Source: Candidatus Spongiisociaceae bacterium
GTDB taxonomy: Bacteria; Actinomycetota; Acidimicrobiia; Spongiisociales; Spongiisociaceae
Reading direction: 5' to 3'
Assembly: GCA_965262915.1 (NCBI GenBank)
Contig: OZ253564.1
Location: forward strand, 3,008,001 to 3,072,000
Length of the DNA stretch: 64,000 bases
Below the pieces are notes generated by a model. The model ran no database searches. It worked only from the letters and a program-made list of their open reading frames with translations, and was not told the DNA's origin. Numbering within the stretch: position 1 is the first letter of the stretch; the number at the start of each line of letters is the position of its first letter. Shown here piece by piece: positions 9,285-18,984 of the stretch. A program made the translations under genes and the position numbers.

Positions 9285-12200
9285 TCAGGCGCCCGCTCGA
9301 GCTCGGGCGAGCCACACATCGACCTGGTTGCGGTGCAGGGCGACCCATATGGTGACGAGGCCGACGAGGTCTGTGCCTTGGTTCTGTTGGGCGATCTGGC
9401 GCGACACGTCGATGGGATCGAGTTCGACCACCTGGAGGAGCCGGGCGGCCGCAGGATTGGCCCGGAGGAATTCGGCGTTGGCGGTGACCTTGATATCGGC
9501 AGCCAGCCATCCGAGTTGGCAGGTGCCTCGGGTGGCGGCAGCGGGGCATCGGTGCAGGGCGATGGGTGCGGTGCCGGGTCGTTGGTCCCCATCCTCGCCG
9601 CCCGGGACGCCCAGCGGGTTCGAGTCGTCGAGGACCTGCTCTACCGCAAGCCACACGGTGTGTCGGCCCGGATCCAGCGCGTCGAGGTAGTGGCTCGGTC
9701 CCCAGACGTAGGCTATTGCGGGTTCGCCTTCCAGGACTCCGGTCACCATCTGGTCCCGCGGGGGGTTGTAGTCGCCTGTGACCTGGCGGATACTGGTCCA
9801 GTTCGCCAACGCGATCATGCTGTCGATGATGTCAGCGCATGTCCAGCTCGGCGGGCAACCGTATATATCGGCCACGCCGTCTCCGGGGTTGGCGTCGGTG
9901 CGGTCGTAGGCGGCGAGGGCGGCGGGGCTCCGGTTCAGGTCGTCGAGGGTCTCGATCCCGTATTCATCGGCGAAGCTCTTGGTGACCAAGAATCCCTGCA
10001 CTCCCCCGGCGGTCATCTGGTCGCCGATGGCGATGACGTGGTCCCGGACCGAGGACCCGTCCGGTAGTTGCCGGTCCAGGAAGCGTTCGTGGTACGGGAA
10101 CCATCCGTTGGGCCACAGATCGAAGTCTCCCTCGGCCATGGCCGGGTAGGCGATCCCGGGGGACAGTTCCAAGTCGGCGGGATCGGTGACCTCGTAGCCG
10201 AGTTCTTGGAGCAGCGCCCGGTAGAGGGCGGCCTGGAAGTAGCCGGTTGACCAGTCGGCCCGGGCCATCCTAATGCTCACACCCTCGCCGGGGTGCAGTA
10301 CCGGGGGTATGGCTGTGAGCGCCCGGGCGAGGAAGGATGCCATCTGGTCGCGTGGCACCGCTTTGTCGGGGCAGTAGGACAGCGGTTCCGCCCTACAGCC
10401 CTTGGTCACTCCCGCCGCCAGGATGCCCTCCACGGCCCCCGCCCCTTCGGCGTCGGCGGGCACGTCCACAAAGACCCCCACCGCTTCGGCCACTTCGCTG
10501 ATCGCGGGGAATGCCCGCGCCAGGAACGCGGCCGTCTCCAGGCGGGTGAGCGGTTCATAGGGTCGGAAAGTCCCGTCCTCGTACAGCTCCACCACCCCCA
10601 GATCGGCCAGCCTCTCCACATATCCCAGATACCAGGCGTCATCAGGCACGTCGGAGAAGCGACTGGTGGTCACCGCAGGGTCGCCTTCCTCTCCCAGCGC
10701 CCGGGCCAGGAATGCCATCATCTGGGCGCGGGCCACCACCGTTGCCGGGCAATACCGGTCGTTGTCGGGCGGGTTACAACCCAAGGTGATACCCAACTCG
10801 GCCATCGTCTCGATGCTCTCCTCATGCACGTTCCCGTCATCATCAGAGAAACGGCCCGCGTGCGAAGGCTCAGGGCTAGGCGGCGGCTCCGGTTGCGGGG
10901 GCGGCGCGGAGGTGTCTGTCACCCGGACCACGTAGTTGTTGCCCACCCGCTCCACCACCTCCACGGTGGCAGCCCCGATCTCGAAGGTCTCACCGGCGAA
11001 ATGCACATGCTTGACGAGACGGGCCCTTCCACGGCTGTCGAGGTCATCGCCGCGGGTGGTGCCGGTCTCGGCGGGAGGGAAGGGTTGGGTGCGCCGGGCG
11101 GTTCCCCAGCATGCGCCGCCGGCAGGTCGGGCGCATGCCCGTTCGCGCTGATCTATGCGGTAGACCTCCACGCCCTGTCTGGGTATGGCGGCGTCGTACC
11201 CGATCGCCACCCGCGCCCCCAGGGTTGTGAACACACCCGGTCGCTCACCGGGGAGCACCAGCATCTGGACGCCACCCTCTCCGGGCGGGCGCAGCGTGTA
11301 GTCGGCTACCGTCCCCGCCCCGTGAACGATCACCTCGTCGGGGCTGATCCAGCCGGCCGCGTAACGGTTGATCGCGATCGTTCCGGTTCTGAGGTCGGGG
11401 TCGAGGGGACCGCTCATCATGTCCATCGGGTTGTCGTGCTCGTATACCCCGCGGGTCTCGGCCCGGCGCGACCAGCGGATATTGCCGCCGAACGAGCGCG
11501 GGAGGCCCAGGCTGTGACCGATCCAGTGGGCGACTGTCGACAGGCGTGGCTCCCTGCGGGGCGCGGCGCCCGAAACGGCGCCTGCCCCGACCGCCACCAC
11601 TTCGAGGCCGGCGGAGCCATCGATAGCGGTGGTGTCGTCCACGACGAGCAGTGGCCGGTCGGATCCTTCACCAAGTATGGCAGTGTGGCATCGAGACCTG
11701 TCGTCGCCCTCAACGGTGCCGGCTAAGCGGAAGCTCGGCCGGTACCGACCGCCGGAGATCCAGTCGAAGTATCGGGTGAGCTCGCGGTTCAGCCGGTCCA
11801 CCAACCTGGACGGCTCGATCTCCACTTCACCTGACGGTGTGTCACAGGTCCATACGTTCCATACCTGATCCCTGAGGGTGTAGAACCGGTGTATGTCCGC
11901 GTACATGACAAGTTGCAACGGGTCGGATAGGAACGGGTCGATCGAGCCGGGGTTCGTCAGCTCGTTTCCTTCGATATTCAGAACTTCCAGTTCTGCCAAG
12001 TTGGAAAGCCCCGCGATTCTGGATCCGGTCAGTTGATTGCTGTGGAGAGACAGATATCGAAGGTTGGTGAGATTAGCCAGGGTGAATGGGACAGGCCCTG
12101 TCAGACGATTCATACCCAGGTCAAGATTCTCAAGTTCGGTGAGTTCTCCTATTTGTTCGGGTATCGAGCCGATGAGTTGATTGGTGTGGAGAGACAGGTG

Positions 12201-12929
12201 CTTGAGGTTGGGCAGCTTTGTTATCGTTGCTGGTATAGGTCCTGTGAGTTGGTTGCTGCCGAGGTCGAGGATTTCTAGCTGGGTGAGTTCTCCTATTTGT
12301 TCGGGTATCGAGCCGATGAGTTGATTGGTGTGGAGAGACAGGTATTTGAGGTTGGGCAGTCTTGTTATCGTTGCTGGTATAGGTCCTGTGAGTTGGTTGC
12401 TGCCGAGGTCGAGGATTTCTAGCTGGGTGAGTTCTCCTATTTGTTCGGGTATCGAGCCGATGAGTTGATTGGTGTGGAGAGACAGGTATTTGAGGCCGCC
12501 GAGTTCGGTGAGTTCCTCCGGGATCGAGCCGGTGAGGTGGTTGCCACCGAGGTCCAACACCAAGAGTCCGGAAAGGCCTCCGAGTGCGGGCGAGATGGAT
12601 CCTGTCAAGCCGGCGTCGGGCAGGTCGAGGGATTCGACACCGGAGCTACCCGTCGATATCCCTTGCCAACGGACGAACGGCGTGGTCGACAGCCAGGCCT
12701 GCGGGTTGTCGGGGTCATCCAGGACACCGGGATCGTCGAGGTTGGTGAGGAACTCCCACAGAGTCCCGCAGTCGGATAGCAAGGTCTCCTGTGTGTCAGG
12801 TACGACAGCTTCCGAGTCGCACGGAGACTCCGCCCGCGCCGGACTGACCCAGATGAGAAGGCCAAGAGTCAGCCCTGCAAGGATCCAGCACCCGGACGCG
12901 GTCGCGCCCAGTTTGATTCGTGTTAACAC
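9285..12929 (-). CDS. Secreted mosaic protein: signal peptide + plant-type LRRs + zinc-metallopeptidase-like domain + SLH-like repeats + glycine-betaine-binding (OpuAC/ProX-like) domain
   Basis: LxLxxNxLtGxIP 24-aa repeats; AHWIGHSLGLP...NPMDMMSG; FSDVP...YCP...RxQMASFLARAL repeats; MARADWSTGYFQA...GCPPSWTC binding-protein region. Confidence 0.85.
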   Translation of the reverse strand: MLTRIKLGATASGCWILAGLTLGLLIWVSPARAESPCDSEAVVPDTQETLLSDCGTLWEFLTNLDDPGVLDDPDNPQAWLSTTPFVRWQGISTGSSGVESLDLPDAGLTGSISPALGGLSGLLVLDLGGNHLTGSIPEELTELGGLKYLSLHTNQLIGSIPEQIGELTQLEILDLGSNQLTGPIPATITRLPNLKYLSLHTNQLIGSIPEQIGELTQLEILDLGSNQLTGPIPATITKLPNLKHLSLHTNQLIGSIPEQIGELTELENLDLGMNRLTGPVPFTLANLTNLRYLSLHSNQLTGSRIAGLSNLAELEVLNIEGNELTNPGSIDPFLSDPLQLVMYADIHRFYTLRDQVWNVWTCDTPSGEVEIEPSRLVDRLNRELTRYFDWISGGRYRPSFRLAGTVEGDDRSRCHTAILGEGSDRPLLVVDDTTAIDGSAGLEVVAVGAGAVSGAAPRREPRLSTVAHWIGHSLGLPRSFGGNIRWSRRAETRGVYEHDNPMDMMSGPLDPDLRTGTIAINRYAAGWISPDEVIVHGAGTVADYTLRPPGEGGVQMLVLPGERPGVFTTLGARVAIGYDAAIPRQGVEVYRIDQRERACARPAGGACWGTARRTQPFPPAETGTTRGDDLDSRGRARLVKHVHFAGETFEIGAATVEVVERVGNNYVVRVTDTSAPPPQPEPPPSPEPSHAGRFSDDDGNVHEESIETMAELGITLGCNPPDNDRYCPATVVARAQMMAFLARALGEEGDPAVTTSRFSDVPDDAWYLGYVERLADLGVVELYEDGTFRPYEPLTRLETAAFLARAFPAISEVAEAVGVFVDVPADAEGAGAVEGILAAGVTKGCRAEPLSYCPDKAVPRDQMASFLARALTAIPPVLHPGEGVSIRMARADWSTGYFQAALYRALLQELGYEVTDPADLELSPGIAYPAMAEGDFDLWPNGWFPYHERFLDRQLPDGSSVRDHVIAIGDQMTAGGVQGFLVTKSFADEYGIETLDDLNRSPAALAAYDRTDANPGDGVADIYGCPPSWTCADIIDSMIALANWTSIRQVTGDYNPPRDQMVTGVLEGEPAIAYVWGPSHYLDALDPGRHTVWLAVEQVLDDSNPLGVPGGEDGDQRPGTAPIALHRCPAAATRGTCQLGWLAADIKVTANAEFLRANPAAARLLQVVELDPIDVSRQIAQQNQGTDLVGLVTIWVALHRNQVDVWLARARAGA
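12138..12495 (-). repeat. Near-perfect 144-bp tandem repeat (about 2.5 units) within the LRR region
   Basis: gacaggt anchor recurs at 12193, 12337 and 12481; each unit encodes two 24-aa LRRs. Confidence 0.9.
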
Positions 12930-13002
12930 CCTGCGGACCCGCTTTGGAGGTATGGCTGCCGATACTACCGCCCCTCCTCGCGGGCGACCGTCCGGCCAGG
13001 AG

Positions 13003-14010
13003 GTAGCCGGTTGACCAGTTGGCCCGGGCCATCCGGATGCTCACACCCTCGCCGGGTTGCAGTACCGGGGGTATGGCTGTGAGCGCGCGGGCGAGGAAGG
13101 ATGCCATCTGGTCGCGTGGCACCGCTCTGTCGGGGCTGTAGGACAGCGGTTCCGCCCTACAGCCCCTGGTTACCCCGCCGCCAGGATGCCCTCCACAGCT
13201 CGCGCCCTTCGGCGTCAGCGGGCACGTCCACAAAGACCCCCACGGTTCGGCCACTTGGCTGATCGCGGGGAATGCGCGCGCCAGGAACGCGGCCATGTCG
13301 AGACGGGTAAGCGGTTCGTAGGGTCGGAAGGTCACGTCCTCGTACGGCTCCACCACTCCCAGATCGGCCAGCCTCTCCACGTATCCCAGATACCAGGCGG
13401 CTCTCGCCCTTGACTTCTCCTCTGTGCTGGGGCACCGTCTCGTACCGGCCATTGGAGAGCCGATCGAAGTAGAGAAGCAGTTCTTCATTCACAAGGTCAC
13501 GTTTGCGTCCGAATCATTGATCACGGGACCACTCGCCGAGTCAGAGGACCACACGCCCCACAATGCGTACCCAGTGAGCAGTGCCGGAGGAGATCAGCAC
13601 GAACAATGAGGCGTAAAGGATCCGCCGCGAAGGGGTCCTCTGGAGTACTCTTCCTCGGCTTCTCACCTTCCGTGCCGGGCGGAGGTCGAACACGGCGGGC
13701 TATAGCCGCCGGTACGGGCCGCTGAACTCGTTACCGTATTGCGATATCCTGAGCACGCTGTACGGATCACCGAGTTTCCTCAGGAATCTCACCAGTCAGG
13801 TTGTTGTTGTGAAGGTATAGATAGTGGAGCTTGGCAAGCCCGCTCAGCTCCGTCGGTAGCGATCCTTCCAGAAGGTTGTCATGGGGATCCATGCTGACCA
13901 GGTTCTCAAGCCGGCCCAGTTCCGCCGGAATCGATCCGGTCAAGTGATTACCGGCCAGGTCGAGAATCTCGATATTCGTGAGGTTGCCGAGTTCCCCGGG
14001 TATCGATCCG
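13003..14010 (-). pseudogene. Collapsed paralog of the LRR/peptidase-like/SLH/betaine-binding gene
   Basis: In gene order: LRR remnant (about 13720-14010), peptidase-domain remnant NEELLLYFDRLSNGRY (about 13400-13590), then 13003-13399, a close frameshifted copy of 10239-10638. Confidence 0.8.
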
Positions 14011-14029
14011 TGTCGGGTAGCGTTGGGGC

Positions 14030-15031
14030 GTGGGCTCGGAGGCGACAATGATCGAGATCGCGGGCGAGGAGGTGCGTATCACCTCGCCGGATCGGGTCGT
14101 GTTCCCGCGGCAGAGCTGGACCAAGCTGGATGTGGTGCTCCACTTCAGGACGGTGGCCGAGGGTTGCCTGCGGGGCGTGTTCGGCCGTCCCACGATGATG
14201 AAGCGGTACATGAAGAACGTCGAGTTGCCGCCCATCTACCACAAGCGGGCATCGGCGAAGAGCCCGTTCGAGACCGCCATGATCCGGTTCCCCTCCCAGA
14301 GGGCCGGTCGGATGAACGTGCTCCGCACTCCGGCCGACATCCTGCGGTTCGTCCAACTCGGCTGCCTCGACCTGCATCCCTGGCCTGTTCGGGCCGAGGA
14401 CCTCGACCACCCCGACGAGTTGCGCTTCGACTTCGACCCGACCGACAGCTTCACCTTCTCCGATGTCAAGCGGGCCGTCCTCCACGCCAAGGAACTGCTC
14501 GACGAGTTGGGCCTGGTGGGCTGGCCCAAGACCTCCGGGAGTCGCGGTATCCACGTGTACGTGAGGATCGAGCCGTGGTGGGACTTCTTCCAGACCCGCC
14601 GGGCGGTGCTCGCCTTCGGGAGGGAACTGGAGCGCCGCCATCCCGATTTGATCACCACCAAGTGGTGGAAGGAGGAACGTCGGGGCATCTTCGTCGACTA
14701 CAACCAGAACGCCCGTGACAAGACCGTGTCCTCGGCCTACGGCGTGCGGCCGACGGGTTTCGTGTCGGCTCCTGTCACGTGGGAGGAACTGCCCGATGTC
14801 GAGACCGAGGACTTCCCCATGAACCGTTTCGCCGACCGCTATGCCGCGGTGGGCGACCTGGCGGCCGGCATCGACCGCGCCCCGGCGCGTATCGATCGGT
14901 TGCTGGAGTGGGTGGCGCGGGACGAGGCCGCAGGCGAGGGCGATGCTCCGTGGCCTCCCAACTACCCGAAGATGCCGGGCGAGCCGCCTCGGGTACAACC
15001 CTCCAAGATGGTCAAGGCGAACTGGGAGTGA
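14030..15031 (+). CDS. Stand-alone LigD-type primase/polymerase domain protein (Prim-PolC-like)
   Basis: PDELRFDFDP, KTSGSRGIHVYV, FVDYNQNARDKT and C-terminal PPNYPKMPGEPPRVQPS motifs. Confidence 0.88.
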   Translation: MGSEATMIEIAGEEVRITSPDRVVFPRQSWTKLDVVLHFRTVAEGCLRGVFGRPTMMKRYMKNVELPPIYHKRASAKSPFETAMIRFPSQRAGRMNVLRTPADILRFVQLGCLDLHPWPVRAEDLDHPDELRFDFDPTDSFTFSDVKRAVLHAKELLDELGLVGWPKTSGSRGIHVYVRIEPWWDFFQTRRAVLAFGRELERRHPDLITTKWWKEERRGIFVDYNQNARDKTVSSAYGVRPTGFVSAPVTWEELPDVETEDFPMNRFADRYAAVGDLAAGIDRAPARIDRLLEWVARDEAAGEGDAPWPPNYPKMPGEPPRVQPSKMVKANWE

Positions 15032-15105
15032 GACCACCGTCGTAGGCGTACGGAGGAGGGCTGCCGATCCGCGCAGGACCCGATACTGTGGGACAGGGAA
15101 CCGGA

Positions 15106-16131
15106 TCAGGCCGGTGGGCGCAGTACCACCTCGGGGGTAAGGGGCCGGGCCACGCAGGTGAGGATCAGGCCCGAATCCTGCTCCTCCTCGGTGAGGGCGA
15201 AGGGGACACCCGGATCCACCCTGCCCGAGACCAGCCTCGCCTTGCACGTTCCGCACACTCCTGACCGGCAGGCGTAGAGCACCGGCGCAGCCATCCTGTC
15301 GAGGGCGGTGAGCAGCACCTCCCCGGCCCTCACCGAGCCGGTGCGTTCGTGGCCCTCCACCCTCACCAGGGCGCCGTCGTAGGGAACCGGGGCACCATCG
15401 CGGCTGGGAGGGACGTAGTGCTCGACCCGTAGACGGTCGTCCATGACACCCAAGGTCCGCAATCGGGCTTCGACTGTGCGGTTCATGCCGGGAGGTCCGC
15501 ACAGCAGGTACCAAACGTCGGCCGTCCTGGGAGGGTTGGTCACCAGGAAGCGATCGACGAAGCGGTAGTCGATCCTGCCTCCCCGGCCGCTGAACACGTG
15601 CCTCAGGGTCAGGCGGGTCGGGTGGGCCGCTACGAGCCGTTCCAGGTCGGCGGCGAAGATCACGTCTTGCGGATGCCTGTTGCCGTAGGCGAGGTGCGCC
15701 ACCGATCGGGTCTCGACGCGGAGGGCGCCGCGCAGGATGCTCAATACGGGAACGATGCCGCTCCCGGCCGCGAACGCGTAGTAGGTGCGGCGGTTGCGGG
15801 GAGCGATCCCGACCCCGAAGGTCCCGGCGGCCGGCTCGACCCCGATCACGTCACCGACCGCCGCCCGCTCGACGAAGTAGGTGGAGACCACTCCCCCGGG
15901 GAGCCGCTTGACGGTTATCGAAGGGGCGTGTCCCAACTCGGGCGTGGTGCTCAGCGAGAAGACCCGGCGGTGCTCCTCGCCATCTATGACGACCCTGACG
16001 ATCACGTACTGTCCGGCCTCTCCCCCGACCAGCCTCCGGGGATCGTCGAGAGTGACCGTGACGGCGTCGGCTGTCTCCGGACGTATCTCCGCGATCTCGA
16101 GGGAAAGGACCGTTCTCCCCTCCGGGTTCAA
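15106..16131 (-). CDS. Ferredoxin-NAD(P) reductase, PaaE/KshB-like (FAD, NAD and C-terminal 2Fe-2S domains)
   Basis: RVFSLS, AAGSGIVP, LCGPPGM and CRSGVCGTC...LTC motifs; TTG start overlaps the ligase stop. Confidence 0.85.
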   Translation of the reverse strand: MNPEGRTVLSLEIAEIRPETADAVTVTLDDPRRLVGGEAGQYVIVRVVIDGEEHRRVFSLSTTPELGHAPSITVKRLPGGVVSTYFVERAAVGDVIGVEPAAGTFGVGIAPRNRRTYYAFAAGSGIVPVLSILRGALRVETRSVAHLAYGNRHPQDVIFAADLERLVAAHPTRLTLRHVFSGRGGRIDYRFVDRFLVTNPPRTADVWYLLCGPPGMNRTVEARLRTLGVMDDRLRVEHYVPPSRDGAPVPYDGALVRVEGHERTGSVRAGEVLLTALDRMAAPVLYACRSGVCGTCKARLVSGRVDPGVPFALTEEEQDSGLILTCVARPLTPEVVLRPPA

Positions 16132-17156
16132 CCGACCACCTCGGAGAAGCCGGCGCCGATGGGCCTCACCAACTGGTCCATCGTGCACTCCTCGGCCGGT
16201 TTGTCGGGGCGCCAGCGTTCGAAGCGGGTCGCGTGGCGGAAGCGTCCTCCCTGGAGCTGGTCGTAGCTCACTTGAACCACGACTCCGGGCTCGACCGGTG
16301 TCCATTGCATGGAGCGTTCGGTGGACCACCGGCTCTGCGCTCCTGGCGCTCGGGTCTGGCCGCCGCCGCCGAAGCTCTCATCGGTGCGGATCTGCTCGAG
16401 GAGGTGGAGGATGGTGGCCCGTTCCTTGTTGGAGAAGCCGGAACAATGGCCGATGAAGTGCAGCTCACCCGCCGGATTGAAGAGCCCCAGCAGGATGGAG
16501 CCCACCTTGGCTCCGTCCTTGTGGACCCGGTAGCCGCCGATCACGCAATCGATCGAGCGCCGGTGCTTCCACTTGATCCATTCACGCTTGTCCTGGCGGT
16601 ACGAGCCCTCCGCCCGTTTGCAGATGATCCCGTCGCACCCGGCCGCCTCGAACTCGTGGAACCAGCGCGTGGCGGTGTCGAAATCCCCGGTGACAGGGGT
16701 GAGATGCCACGGTTCACCCAGGCCCCCACAGAGCCCTTCGAGGCGAGTCCGGCGAGCGGCGTAGGGCGTTTCGACGAGGCTTTCCCCCCGTTCGGCCAGC
16801 AGGTCGAACGCCACCAGACGGGCCGGGTATTCCTCTGCGAGGCGCTCGATCCGCGACCGGGCGGGATGGATGCGAAGCTGGAGGAGGTCGAATTCGGTGA
16901 CGTCGTCGACCACCACCAGCACCTCGCCGTCCACGATCGTCCCCGGCGGCAGGCGGTCGAGGGCAGGCCGGAGTTCGGGAAAGTAGCGAAGCAGGTCCTT
17001 GCCGTTGCGCGAGTCCAGCCTCGTCTGTTCACCCCCGAAGGCGATCATCCGGAAGCCATCCCACTTCGGCTCGTACATCCAGCCCTCACCGGTAGGAGGG
17101 TTCGCTCGTACCCTCGCCTTCATCGGCTTGATGGGGGGTGTCAGCGGCCAGGTCAT
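16128..17156 (-). CDS. ligC: ATP-dependent DNA ligase, LigC type
   Basis: EPKWDGFR adenylation motif; RFRHATRFERWRPDK C-terminus typical of LigC. Confidence 0.88.
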   Translation of the reverse strand: MTWPLTPPIKPMKARVRANPPTGEGWMYEPKWDGFRMIAFGGEQTRLDSRNGKDLLRYFPELRPALDRLPPGTIVDGEVLVVVDDVTEFDLLQLRIHPARSRIERLAEEYPARLVAFDLLAERGESLVETPYAARRTRLEGLCGGLGEPWHLTPVTGDFDTATRWFHEFEAAGCDGIICKRAEGSYRQDKREWIKWKHRRSIDCVIGGYRVHKDGAKVGSILLGLFNPAGELHFIGHCSGFSNKERATILHLLEQIRTDESFGGGGQTRAPGAQSRWSTERSMQWTPVEPGVVVQVSYDQLQGGRFRHATRFERWRPDKPAEECTMDQLVRPIGAGFSEVVG

Positions 17157-17533
17157 CCGGGCAGCATAGGACAGGTTCGGGGCGGCGGCCGCAACCGGGG
17201 ACATCCGACCGCTGCGGCCGACCTCGAGGTCGCGAAAAACGAGCGCACCCGGCTGCCCTGTCGGGCCCGGCCCCCGCCTCCACCACCACAGGATCGGATC
17301 CCCGACGGACGCGCCGGGCGTGCCGGTGGCCGGCGTGCTCGGGGAGGTCCGCTCAATGTCCGTCCCGGTCGGCGATCACCTCTCATGGGTGGTCGCTTCG
17401 GGAACGGAACCCGACGATGATCACCGCTTCCGGACCGGCGGTGATGTTTGTGATCTCGGCACTTTCCAGTATGCATCATGGCTGTGACACACAGGGTCGC
17501 CTCGTCTCCCGAATCTGCGCCGGCCTGTCGCGA

Positions 17534-17944
17534 TCAGGGTTCGCGAGCACCCTCCTGCAGGAAGAAACCGAAGGGATGGAGTTCCTCAAACGAATGGCGG
17601 CGCACCTCGCTCCCCTCGCCCGCGGTAACCATCACCCACTCGGTGTCGAACTCGTTCAGGAGTTGGCGGCAGTTTCCGCACGGGTAGGCGCCGTCCACGG
17701 TCTCGGCATCAATACAGGCCACCGCCACCCCATCGATCTTGCGGAGTCCCCTGGCCACGGCGCCCGCAATAGCCGTGGCCTCGGCGCAGATGGACGAGCC
17801 GTAGGCTGCGTTCTCGACGTTGGACCCGGTGTAACGGCGGCCGTCCGCGTCGATTACTACCGCCCCGACCCGGAAACCGGAGTAGGGGGAGTAGGAACCG
17901 AGAGCGGCCTGCCGGGCTGCGGCGGCGAGTTCTTCCGGACTCAC
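17534..17944 (-). CDS. cdd: Cytidine deaminase
   Basis: YSPYSGFRVGA, NVENAAY, CAE and PCGNCRQ motifs; GTG start overlaps the ftsY stop. Confidence 0.93.
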   Translation of the reverse strand: MSPEELAAAARQAALGSYSPYSGFRVGAVVIDADGRRYTGSNVENAAYGSSICAEATAIAGAVARGLRKIDGVAVACIDAETVDGAYPCGNCRQLLNEFDTEWVMVTAGEGSEVRRHSFEELHPFGFFLQEGAREP

Positions 17945-18927
17945 GAGGGAGCTAGCAGGGCGTCGACGAAGTCGGGGCCGTCGAACGGCACCAAGTCGTC
18001 CAGGCCCTCGCCGACGCCGATGAACTTCACCGGCAGGGAGAGTTCCCTCTCGACTGCCAGCGCCACTCCACCTTTGGCCGTCCCATCCATCTTGGTGAGA
18101 ACCATTCCCGTGGCCCCCAGTTCCGCGAAATGCCTGGCCTGGGCCATCCCACTCTGGCCGGTGGTGGCGTCCATCACCAGGAGTACCTCCGACACCCGGT
18201 CGCCGTCCCTGCGCAGCACCCGGATGATCTTGGCCAGCTCTTCCATCAGGTTGTGCCGGGTCTGGAAGCGGCCGGCCGTGTCGACGATCACCACGTCGGC
18301 GCGGCGGGCTCTCCCCGCCTGGAGAGCGTCGTAGGCCACCGCGGCCGGGTCGCCCCCGGATTGGCCGGAAACCACCTGGACTCCCACCCGCTCGGCCCAG
18401 ACCTTGAGTTGGGTGTCCGCGGCAGGACGGAAGGTATCGGCCGCGCCGATGAGCGCTGTCTTCCCCGCTCTGCTCAGGTGGGCGGCCAGCTTGGCCACCG
18501 TCGTAGTCTTCCCCACCCCGTTCACTCCCACCACCACCAGGATGGAGGGCCGGCCCTCCATCCGGAGGCTCCGATCCGCGCCGGCCAGGAGGCTGATCAT
18601 CTCGTTTCGGATCACCGACCTGGCCTGGTCCGGGCCGGACGGGCGGGCCGCACGCACCGCCTCGACGATCCTGCTGCTCGCCTCTACCCCCAGGTCGGCC
18701 GCGATCAGTTCCTCCTCCAGATCCTGCCACCCGCTCGCCGAGATCCCCGAACGGGACAGGACCGACTCCAGCCTGGTACCGAGCCGTTTCCGGGTGGCGG
18801 CGAGACGCTTACCGAGGTTCTGGGAGGGGTCGGGAGAGGATCTGGCAGAGGTGCGGGCTCGCCGCGCGACGGCGATCACGATGGCGGCTACGACCAGCAC
18901 CACCAGCACCCATATGAGAGGGGTCAT
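17941..18927 (-). CDS. ftsY: SRP receptor FtsY
   Basis: GVNGVGKTTT, DTAGR and TKMDGTAKGG motifs; N-terminal TM helix. Confidence 0.95.
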   Translation of the reverse strand: MTPLIWVLVVLVVAAIVIAVARRARTSARSSPDPSQNLGKRLAATRKRLGTRLESVLSRSGISASGWQDLEEELIAADLGVEASSRIVEAVRAARPSGPDQARSVIRNEMISLLAGADRSLRMEGRPSILVVVGVNGVGKTTTVAKLAAHLSRAGKTALIGAADTFRPAADTQLKVWAERVGVQVVSGQSGGDPAAVAYDALQAGRARRADVVIVDTAGRFQTRHNLMEELAKIIRVLRRDGDRVSEVLLVMDATTGQSGMAQARHFAELGATGMVLTKMDGTAKGGVALAVERELSLPVKFIGVGEGLDDLVPFDGPDFVDALLAPS

Positions 18928-18984
18928 GACGGCGGACCGGCCGGGAACGCCCGGTTGACGGCAGGGAGACTCACGGCGTCGATT

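Noticed and set aside
10239-13399. Diversity-generating retroelement template/variable repeat pair
   Set aside because: No reverse transcriptase in the window; differences include indels and are not restricted to adenines.
14030-17156. Complete NHEJ system
   Set aside because: No Ku gene and no LigD phosphoesterase domain in the window; the sequences match the LigC/Prim-PolC type.
17415-17450. Possible SRP (4.5S) RNA: GGTCCGGAAG in a hairpin near ftsY
   Set aside because: Lacks the following GAAGCAGC and the long SRP helix; only a short ATCACCGC/GCGGTGAT stem.
17945-18730. Apparent long N-terminal fusion on cytidine deaminase
   Set aside because: Alternate-frame overlap with ftsY; the real start is the coupled GTG at 17944.
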